IMG/VR virus record: IMGVR_UViG_3300025608_000806
Location: 1 to 42,333 of that record
DNA: 42,333 nucleotides
DNA from: a virus
Lineage: Duplodnaviria; Caudoviricetes
Reading direction: 5' to 3' (one strand)
Below, one piece after another: positions 35,135-42,333 of this stretch (the first letter of the stretch is position 1; each line of letters begins with the position of its first letter). The position numbers were made by a program, and so were the translations under genes. Below the pieces are notes generated by a model that did not search any database, had not been told where the DNA came from, and saw nothing but the letters and a program-made list of their open reading frames with translations.

Positions 35135-38100
35135 TTATATTCCTCCAAGATCGTTTATTGTCCAGTTGTATGGAGGGTTTTGCAATACAGCTCTGGATGC
35201 AGAGGCTGGGGAGCTAAGAGTGAAGTGTTGTGCTACGTCAAAAGATACGTTGGATTGTATTATAGGTTGAGCTGCCCATCCTTGTAGTAGAGCATCATAA
35301 TTTGTTTGTGAGAATGAACTAGTACCGGCGGTTACTGCAAACATACCAGTTGCTTGTTGAAGTGATGAGATGTTCCAGGAAGATATATCTGCATTAAAGC
35401 TAGTTGCGTCGAAGAACATTTCAGACATATCAGTTACATTTCGTGTGTCCCATGAACTCACTCCTCCGCCTGATCCTGTACCGGCGAAAGATGTAGCTTC
35501 TCTAAACATTCCTCTCATATTAGTTACGTTTTGAGTATCCCATGCACCGGATGCACCGTGGGATAGGTCCATATTAAATTCTGTAGCACCTTTAAACATG
35601 TATTCCATATTCCATACGTTAAGGGTATTCCATATAGTTAGGTTGTTACCTGGGGCAGGTATATTAAATCCAAATGAAGTAGCATCGCTAAACATATAAG
35701 ACATGTCTGCAACACCTGCAGTAGTGTCTGGGCTAGAAAATGTAAAGTTCTCGTTAAAGCTGTAGGCGTTTTGGAACATTCCTTTTAAGCTTCCTACGTT
35801 TGATATATCCCAGTTATTAATACTTTGATTGAAGGACCTTGCTCCGTCAAACATATGCTCTAGGGTGATTCCAGAGTCTGTAACTAGGCCGTCGACTGGT
35901 TGGTTGAAGGCGGAGGCGCTGTGGAACATATGAGCAAAGGTAGTTACATTACCTGTATCCCATGATATTGGTTTGTTGTAGGATACTGCTTCAGCGAAAG
36001 TTCCGCTCATATCTGTAACTAGCCCTGTATCCCATAGTAATGTCTGGTTGAAGTCTCTTGCGTTTTTAAACGTATGTTTTAGAGTTGTTACGTTAGAGGT
36101 GTCCCAGGGTAGAGGAGTGTTAAATCGTGTTGCATCTTGAAATGCTCTCTCCATACTGAGTACAGTTTTTGTATTCCATCTATCTATAGATCCGCTCAAG
36201 TTGTTAGCGCCTCTAAAGAAGTCTTTCATACTGGTGGTAGATACTCTAGGTTTATCTGTAGCAGTGAGTTTATATTGTAGAGATGTAGGTCTTGCACTCG
36301 GTCCTAATTCATCAGCTCCGTAGAAAGAGGCGGAGGTACTTAATTCTAGAGGTCCGAAACTTCTTATATCTGTTAGGCTGCTTGTATAACCGGTATTATT
36401 AAATGCAAATCCTTTTATAGTTCCTGTTATTGTTACATATTTAGTTCCAGAAGTAGAGTAGTTATGTGTTTTTGCTGCATCATCCCATGCAGTAATTATA
36501 TCTGTGCTTCCATCACCCCAGTCTACAGTCATGTTATAGGTTCCGTTAGGTACTAGGGGTAGAGATATAGGGCTTGTTGCTATCCATTCACTAACAAATC
36601 CGGCACCTTCCCATGGAGTAGAAACGTATCCTGACCCGGAAGTATTATAACTGTAGTTGTATTGATTATACCAGTTATCCCAGGTATTCACGTTTTTATC
36701 TTTTCCTCCAAATTCTGATATTCTTAATATGGTGTCTGGTATTCCATAGCAGTTCAGTAGTACTCTTAATCCTGCAGTCGTTCCTTTCTTTTTCAGGAGA
36801 TAAGGTAGGTTGTGGTATAATCTCTTATAAATTAATTTCTGTGCATCATTAGAAGGTATGGTTTCTGCAGAAGCTGTTACGTAGTTAGTTATAAGTTCGC
36901 TTCCTGTTGGAGGTAGTGTTCCTCCAGTTTCCGTTATTCCTAATAATCCAGTAAATAGATCGCTGTTAGTAAAACTACTTTCGTATATATCTAATCCGTA
37001 GGATCTTAAAGCATCCGCAACTAGATCTATAGATATACCTCCACTTAAACTATTATCCCCATCTTGTCTATTCTCTAAGGCTTTAGTGTATATCCAAATC
37101 TCGTCAAACATTTGAGCGGTTAATTCGGAAAATAGTTTAAATTGAGAATTGTCCTCATCATCCTTAATGTAGCTCGGGAAAATTTCGTATAGGTTGTTTA
37201 GGTTTTCTCTATCGTATGCAGAAGCAGAAGCTGCTTGAGCTGTTAACCAGTTAGTAGCTTCAGAGGAGGTATAAGAGTAGGGGGTGTAGGGTTTAGTTGA
37301 ATTTTGTTTTGGCCAGGCATAGGAGCTACTTTCATAGTAGAGGTAATAGTCGTACCCGTCAAAATTCTTAATAATTCTTTTTATTTCTCCTTCATAAAAT
37401 GCCTTACTTGCAGATAATTCTGTTACCGGTGTTCCGGTTAATCCGTTTAGTGTTGCTATTTGAGCTTCATGGGATTCTATCTGGGTTGCTTTGTAGTTGA
37501 AGTTTGTTAACCTGGTATTAACTGAACTGAAGAATGCAAAGTTACTATAGTCTGTGTAGTCTGTGTTAAGTTCTGCTCTATTTTCTGCTAATACACTTTG
37601 AAGTTGGTTGGTTATTCCTGCTGTAGATGCAGAGGTTAAGGTGTTAATAGATTTATACTCTGTAGTATTATTAGTTTGAGTTCCTGTTTTTAAATAAAGG
37701 TTAGGTCCTCTTAAGTACTTCTTAGTATCTAATTGTATTTCTTCTTCGGGATATTGTACTTGGTATGCTTGGGAGTCGGCTTTTTTAGCTAGGAAGTTGA
37801 AATTTGAACCCTCTCCGAAGTTATTATCTAGAGGTTCATAAAGCTTAATTAATATGGTATCGGAATCGTAACCGACATTGACTGCAAATTCTAATTGATT
37901 TGATCCAAAGTCTAAATAAAAGCCTTCGAATGTTCTAGTATCGTTTAGATCTGCAAGAAGTGTTTGATACACTCCTCTTAATTGGGGAGGTAGTAGGGTA
38001 GAACTGTTTACTCTTAGTTCTGTCCTATCTAAAGATACTTCCGATATAAAGAAGTTAGGATTATTATCTACAAGGGGAGATACAAAATTATACAGTACTT

Positions 38101-38392
38101 GATACTCTCCTCGAGTATATCCATTAGACTGTAAGTCTTTTCCTGGAGATATTGATAGTGCTGCAGTCTCTTCCCCTACCGGTAATCCGTTGATTTCATA
38201 TCCGGTAGTTATTCGGTCGATAAAGGTACCTTCTATATCGTATAGGTATGCTTGGATAATATCTGTCGATACATTGAAGGTGGAATTTAGAACTATACTG
38301 TTTATGTTAGCTCCATCTTCTGCTGATATTGTAGGTAATGTAGTTCCTTCTATAGTACCTACTCCTAGGGATATTACTGTTGGTTCTGCCAT
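35135..38392 (-). CDS. Large baseplate wedge-like protein with C-terminal PKD-like domain and DUF285/BspA-like repeats
   Basis: LPYLLKKKGT..GLRVLL (P2 gpI/gp7-like motif); TVDWGDG; repeated FN...WDTxNVTxMxxMF units. Confidence 0.7.
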   Translation of the reverse strand: MAEPTVISLGVGTIEGTTLPTISAEDGANINSIVLNSTFNVSTDIIQAYLYDIEGTFIDRITTGYEINGLPVGEETAALSISPGKDLQSNGYTRGEYQVLYNFVSPLVDNNPNFFISEVSLDRTELRVNSSTLLPPQLRGVYQTLLADLNDTRTFEGFYLDFGSNQLEFAVNVGYDSDTILIKLYEPLDNNFGEGSNFNFLAKKADSQAYQVQYPEEEIQLDTKKYLRGPNLYLKTGTQTNNTTEYKSINTLTSASTAGITNQLQSVLAENRAELNTDYTDYSNFAFFSSVNTRLTNFNYKATQIESHEAQIATLNGLTGTPVTELSASKAFYEGEIKRIIKNFDGYDYYLYYESSSYAWPKQNSTKPYTPYSYTSSEATNWLTAQAASASAYDRENLNNLYEIFPSYIKDDEDNSQFKLFSELTAQMFDEIWIYTKALENRQDGDNSLSGGISIDLVADALRSYGLDIYESSFTNSDLFTGLLGITETGGTLPPTGSELITNYVTASAETIPSNDAQKLIYKRLYHNLPYLLKKKGTTAGLRVLLNCYGIPDTILRISEFGGKDKNVNTWDNWYNQYNYSYNTSGSGYVSTPWEGAGFVSEWIATSPISLPLVPNGTYNMTVDWGDGSTDIITAWDDAAKTHNYSTSGTKYVTITGTIKGFAFNNTGYTSSLTDIRSFGPLELSTSASFYGADELGPSARPTSLQYKLTATDKPRVSTTSMKDFFRGANNLSGSIDRWNTKTVLSMERAFQDATRFNTPLPWDTSNVTTLKHTFKNARDFNQTLLWDTGLVTDMSGTFAEAVSYNKPISWDTGNVTTFAHMFHSASAFNQPVDGLVTDSGITLEHMFDGARSFNQSINNWDISNVGSLKGMFQNAYSFNENFTFSSPDTTAGVADMSYMFSDATSFGFNIPAPGNNLTIWNTLNVWNMEYMFKGATEFNMDLSHGASGAWDTQNVTNMRGMFREATSFAGTGSGGGVSSWDTRNVTDMSEMFFDATSFNADISSWNISSLQQATGMFAVTAGTSSFSQTNYDALLQGWAAQPIIQSNVSFDVAQHFTLSSPASASRAVLQNPPYNWTINDLGGI
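35340..36230 (-). repeat. DUF285-type tandem protein repeats (about 10 units)
   Basis: WNTKTV, WDTSNV, WDTGLV, WDTGNV, WDISNV, WNTLNV, WDTQNV, WDTRNV, WNISSL; boundaries approximate. Confidence 0.85.
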
Positions 38393-38784
38393 TATGATAC
38401 TGTATCTATATTATTTGCTAGATTTATTGCATCTGCTGCTGTTTTAGTTGCTAGCTGTGCTATCTGCTGTTGTAGAGCTATATTTTGTTCCCGTAAATCT
38501 GTCACCTCTGCAGTCAAAGCTTCTATTTCTGCATTTATGTCTTCTCCCCCTGCATATTCCCCGCTTCTATTGGCTAGGTATTGATGTGATTGAGTTTCAC
38601 CTTGTTTTGGTATTTCTAAAAATAAAATATCATAAGCTTCAAAAAAGGTATTTACATCTACTTGAGATACAATACTCTCCTCAGGTTCTCCGGTAACTCC
38701 GAATTCAGTAAAAGAAGTATTTACTGCTTTAGTGAATTGAGCACGATTATAGGTTGTTAGGTTTATATCTACGTTTTCACTCAT
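38392..38784 (-). CDS. Structural-cluster protein with C-terminal coiled coil
   Basis: 130 aa; FFEAYD.LF.EIP..G...SH.YL then heptads; overlaps both neighbours. Confidence 0.65.
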   Translation of the reverse strand: MSENVDINLTTYNRAQFTKAVNTSFTEFGVTGEPEESIVSQVDVNTFFEAYDILFLEIPKQGETQSHQYLANRSGEYAGGEDINAEIEALTAEVTDLREQNIALQQQIAQLATKTAADAINLANNIDTVS

Positions 38785-39901
38785 TACTTATCTTAAACTC
38801 TTCTGTATCTTTAATAAGGACTGTATCTCCGATAGTAGTTTTTATTTCAATCTTATAGTATCTCTCCGGTTGTAATCCGTTTAAGTATAAGTCGAAGTAA
38901 CTTCCGGTTGGATCACAACTTATCTTAGTATAAGAAGAATCATATTCAATAGCAACTTCATTCGTATAAACATCTTTAACTCTGTAGAAGGATTCTGCTG
39001 GGAGAGCATAGTTTCTAGTATAGGAGGATCCTGTTTGGTATACCTTAGGAGGGTATGTAGGTCTTGCATTTACTCTAAATCTATTAACGCTTCCGCTGTA
39101 GAATGTCCCGGGGTTGTTTGAGAGTGTAAGTGTTGCAGGGAGTGTATTTAATACTGTAAGACTACCGGTGTTATATGTGAAGTCATCCCATTTAAATTCT
39201 AACTCTGGAGGAAATATCGTATGTGTATCTCTTGAAAAGTATTTTAAAGTTGTTTGTTCATGTATATTATCTATAAACTCCTGAGATGCTGATTGTCTTA
39301 CTATTATTCCGTAGTTGTTGAAATCAGAGGATGACCAGTTAGTTACTATATCGGTTATATTGGCTTGTATATCAGGGTCTGTGTAATATGAAAAAGAGTA
39401 AGATGCTTCAGATCCGGTATACCATACACCTCCTCCTGCAGAAGTTGAGTTGGTGTTTAAGTTAAATGATCCTGTTGTTCCAGGTGCAAAGGAAGATGTA
39501 GTCCATTGAGTACCTCCTTCATAAGTCCTGTTCTTCCAAGAAACTCCATTTTGTGTTTCTGGGAGGTCTAAGTATCTACCGGTGCCCATATTCCAATCCT
39601 CTGCTAGAGCATTAATATTAATAGTGCTTGTTGATGTTAATCCAGTTACATTTGCTGTATAGGATTTAAAGTCCGCTCTCCATGTAGAATCTAATATCTT
39701 AGTGGCAAATATACTCTCTATTTCTGCTTGACTAAATTTTAAGAGGAATCTCGATACTTGAGGATTCGCTCCTTCTGTTTGGGGATTCCCGGTCTTAAAA
39801 TCTGTACTTGCTTCTAATATTTCATCTAACCCTGTATTGGCATCTACATACCCAGAGTATAGTGTTGCGTCTGCTGTTGGAAATAGTTTGTAAATGGCCA
39901 T
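38777..39901 (-). CDS. Virion protein with DNRLRE/CBM96-like beta-sandwich domain
   Basis: ADATLY, RFLLKF, W..G.G...VSW, NYGII, FSRD..PPELE pattern. Confidence 0.55.
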   Translation of the reverse strand: MAIYKLFPTADATLYSGYVDANTGLDEILEASTDFKTGNPQTEGANPQVSRFLLKFSQAEIESIFATKILDSTWRADFKSYTANVTGLTSTSTININALAEDWNMGTGRYLDLPETQNGVSWKNRTYEGGTQWTTSSFAPGTTGSFNLNTNSTSAGGGVWYTGSEASYSFSYYTDPDIQANITDIVTNWSSSDFNNYGIIVRQSASQEFIDNIHEQTTLKYFSRDTHTIFPPELEFKWDDFTYNTGSLTVLNTLPATLTLSNNPGTFYSGSVNRFRVNARPTYPPKVYQTGSSYTRNYALPAESFYRVKDVYTNEVAIEYDSSYTKISCDPTGSYFDLYLNGLQPERYYKIEIKTTIGDTVLIKDTEEFKISNE

Positions 39902-39940
39902 TTAATATAAATATGAGGAGTTATTAATCTTAGTTACTTA

Positions 39941-41800
39941 TTATAAGGATACCACCCTCCCTCTAATATCTGTATCCGGGTATTTAACTTCAAATACGCA
40001 AGGATCTAATGAAGGATATACTACGTTATTTTGAGTTGCTCCTTCTATGTCGTAAGCGTATTCAGAATATCCTTGAGAAACACCTGTTTTATTAGTAATG
40101 TAAATATCTTTAACTGTTTGTACTCCATTTATCTTATCTAGATTTATAAAGAGTTCTTTAAGTAGGATGGGCTGGTTGAAGGTCCAGTTATCTATTGCAA
40201 AATAATCCTGTAGTTCTTCTATACATCTACTTAATACTTCATTGTTATTAAAGTTGGGGAGTGTTATTATTTCAAAATCAATTGCTATATTAATTACAAA
40301 TCCGTCTTTTATCTTTACAGTATCTCCTATAATTCTATATTCGGATAAATAAGTACTTAAGTTCTGTTTAACTGTATTAGAGGATGTTATTAGGTGTTTA
40401 GCAGAGTCGAATCCTAGTACGTATAAACTTAACGTAGAAGGTATTTCTCCGGGTAAGGTGTTATCGTTAGCTTTAGTAGCTTCTACATAACTCTTTGCGA
40501 TTGCTCCGTAATCAGAAGGCATAGAGAGGGCTCGTATCGCATAATCCTTAGTTGTTACGTTTCTTAATTGAGATTGAAAGCCTACTAATGTATTCTGCCT
40601 TATCTCCTCTAGAGTATCTCCATCTCCTCCTCCGGAAGCTGCTAATTCATTATTTACTGTAACGCTTGAGAATATATAATTTGAAGTAGTACTGTTTAGA
40701 TTACTATTTTGAAAAGCGATATTCCCTGTACTAGTTAATGTTGTTACAGTATCTGCTTCAACATTAGAGGAGACTCCTCCTCCTGTTAAGTATCGAATAG
40801 TTAGTGTTGTGTTTGCAGGAGCGATTCCGTAGGTATCGGTCTGTAGAAAGTTTGAAGGATCGAATGCGGTAGTTAGTTTTATTTGCTCGAACGGTAAACC
40901 TATGCCTACATTATTTCCGTTTGGTAGTATCTCTTCGTCAACGTCAGAGGTTGTTCCGGATCCAAACTGTATTTCTAGGGAGTTATCAGCTCTAAAGCGA
41001 GTGGTGAATCTTCTAGCGATCTTCTCGAGTTTTAATAGATATTGAGCGTCTGTATCTGTATAGCTGTTAGGGTCGTTGGTGTTTGTATTTTTTGTAGACT
41101 TATAAATTAACTCTTGACCTAGATACGGTACTTCGTACCAGGTATTACCGTCTGAGTCTGTTATATCTAGAATTTTAATGATATTAGTGTCGGCGATATT
41201 TACTGTATCGAAAGGGGTAGGTGTTGTAAATGTTGCGGTCTGCGTTTGGATGGTTGATGATAGAGCTTTTCGCTTTTTCTTTAGAAGGTAGTATTGAGGA
41301 TTACCGCCGCTAGTCTGGTAGATTGTAACCTCTGTCGGGTCTAAAGAACTTGATACAGTAAAATCTACTGTGTCTTGTATTAGAAAATTAATCCCTCCAG
41401 GGTCTGACTGTACTACTGTATTTTCTTGAAAGAAGAGTGCGTAGTCATAATCTGGAATGTATGTTCCTCCGGATAGTTTTGCAGGGAGTTGTTGGTATAG
41501 GTCTACCTCTACTGTAGAGGTTTTTGTTACTTTAGGTCTATATCCTAACATATATGCAAGATTAAAGATACTTTCAGTCTGCCTTGCGTATTGTACGAAT
41601 GTCTCTTGTATTTGATTATCTAAGTAGAAGGATAATATGTCTCCAACATAGGCGGACATCTCTAAGACCATCATTCCGGGTGAGGATGGAGAGAAATCGT
41701 TGTAGGTATTAGGGTAGTAGGTTTTAGTGAAGTCTACTAGTAGGTCTTTTAATCCTACGAAGTCTCTATTGAAGTATCTGATGTCTTTAATATTAGGCAT
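39941..41800 (-). CDS. Baseplate wedge protein (T4 gp6 / baseplate J-like)
   Basis: RDF..LK..L, DF...SPG..LE..AY.GD.L.FY.D, LGY.P, IQFG, Y..GGG..N, ASGGGD.DT.EEIR, R.VT..DY. Confidence 0.9.
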   Translation of the reverse strand: MPNIKDIRYFNRDFVGLKDLLVDFTKTYYPNTYNDFSPSSPGMMVLEMSAYVGDILSFYLDNQIQETFVQYARQTESIFNLAYMLGYRPKVTKTSTVEVDLYQQLPAKLSGGTYIPDYDYALFFQENTVVQSDPGGINFLIQDTVDFTVSSSLDPTEVTIYQTSGGNPQYYLLKKKRKALSSTIQTQTATFTTPTPFDTVNIADTNIIKILDITDSDGNTWYEVPYLGQELIYKSTKNTNTNDPNSYTDTDAQYLLKLEKIARRFTTRFRADNSLEIQFGSGTTSDVDEEILPNGNNVGIGLPFEQIKLTTAFDPSNFLQTDTYGIAPANTTLTIRYLTGGGVSSNVEADTVTTLTSTGNIAFQNSNLNSTTSNYIFSSVTVNNELAASGGGDGDTLEEIRQNTLVGFQSQLRNVTTKDYAIRALSMPSDYGAIAKSYVEATKANDNTLPGEIPSTLSLYVLGFDSAKHLITSSNTVKQNLSTYLSEYRIIGDTVKIKDGFVINIAIDFEIITLPNFNNNEVLSRCIEELQDYFAIDNWTFNQPILLKELFINLDKINGVQTVKDIYITNKTGVSQGYSEYAYDIEGATQNNVVYPSLDPCVFEVKYPDTDIRGRVVSL

Positions 41801-42203
41801 TGTTTAGGTTTAATTGTATGGTGTCGGTAACTCCTGTGTTTGTTATAGTATAATTTATTACAGTAAAGAGTGTATTTCTATCCTCGTCTGCTCGTAACTC
41901 AACTGTAGCTTGTATACTAGGAAAGAATTCTGCTATAGATACTTCTATATACTCTTGTATTTCCTCTATGTTACCTTGGCTTAGTTGTTCAAATATAAAT
42001 GTTTGCAACCCTGCTCCAAATCCAGGCTTAAAAGGTCTTTCTCTAGGGCCGGTAAGTAGGAGGTTGATTAAATTGTATCTTATAGAATCCTTAGTAGTAT
42101 AGGTTGTTTTAAATACTGCAGGACCGTTAAGAGGTAATGCTATACCTACTCCTTTACTAGGTTGATTATCTATTGGATATATTTTGGTTGCGTTAATGGC
42201 CAT
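41793..42203 (-). CDS. gp25: Baseplate gp25-like protein
   Basis: NLINLLLT...ERPF.P.FG..L...FE motif; adjacent to gp6-like gene. Confidence 0.88.
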   Translation of the reverse strand: MAINATKIYPIDNQPSKGVGIALPLNGPAVFKTTYTTKDSIRYNLINLLLTGPRERPFKPGFGAGLQTFIFEQLSQGNIEEIQEYIEVSIAEFFPSIQATVELRADEDRNTLFTVINYTITNTGVTDTIQLNLNNA

Positions 42204-42205
42204 TA

Positions 42206-42333
42206 TTATCTTTTATTAATTAAGCCCATAATTTGATCCATGTTTACTTCACCGGGAGGTAAGGCGGAGCCTTGTCCGGTAGTATTAGCAGATGGTGGTG
42301 GGGTATATCCTGGTTGTTTTCCATACCCTTGGG
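42206..42333 (-). CDS. C-terminal end of a hypothetical protein (partial)
   Basis: Manual translation ...QGYGKQPGYTPPPSANTTGQGSALPPGEVNMDQIMGLINKR-stop, ending 2 nt before the gp25 ATG. Confidence 0.6.
   Translation of the reverse strand, partial: QGYGKQPGYTPPPSANTTGQGSALPPGEVNMDQIMGLINKR

Noticed and set aside
1058-38696. All other plus-strand ORFs and nested minus ORFs (8687..8890, 14196..14381)
   Set aside because: They overlap well-supported genes, mostly use non-ATG starts and have low-complexity translations
1-42333. Stop-codon reassignment, introns, inteins, tRNAs
   Set aside because: Core genes are full length in the standard code with TAA, TAG and TGA stops; terminase, portal and capsid are uninterrupted; no cloverleaf seen in the short intergenic gaps

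Overview
The window is a gene-dense, AT-rich segment of a large tailed phage with T4-like head and contractile-tail architecture. All supportable genes lie on the minus strand and read in the standard code. In transcription order it encodes: baseplate genes (gp25-like, gp6/J-like, large wedge proteins, one ending in DUF285/BspA-like repeats); GIY-YIG nuclease, primase and PD-(D/E)XK exonuclease; a ~10 kb block of mosaic Glu-rich proteins; a membrane/lysis-like protein; large terminase, portal, prohead protease, scaffold and major capsid protein; PhoH; fibre-like proteins; a glycosyltransferase-like gene; and a partial radical SAM gene. The best candidate for an undescribed system is at 22860-27415. 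It is a translationally coupled pair of paralogous Pol-beta-type nucleotidyltransferases, the second fused to HxGH-transferase, HAD phosphatase, two HEXXH and Zn-ribbon modules. The module junctions look like prohead-protease sites, suggesting capsid-packaged, processed enzymes. Two promoter-like motif classes and two structured RNA leaders are also visible. A Bacteroidota host is inferred, not shown. All product calls come from motif recognition by eye; no database searches were run.
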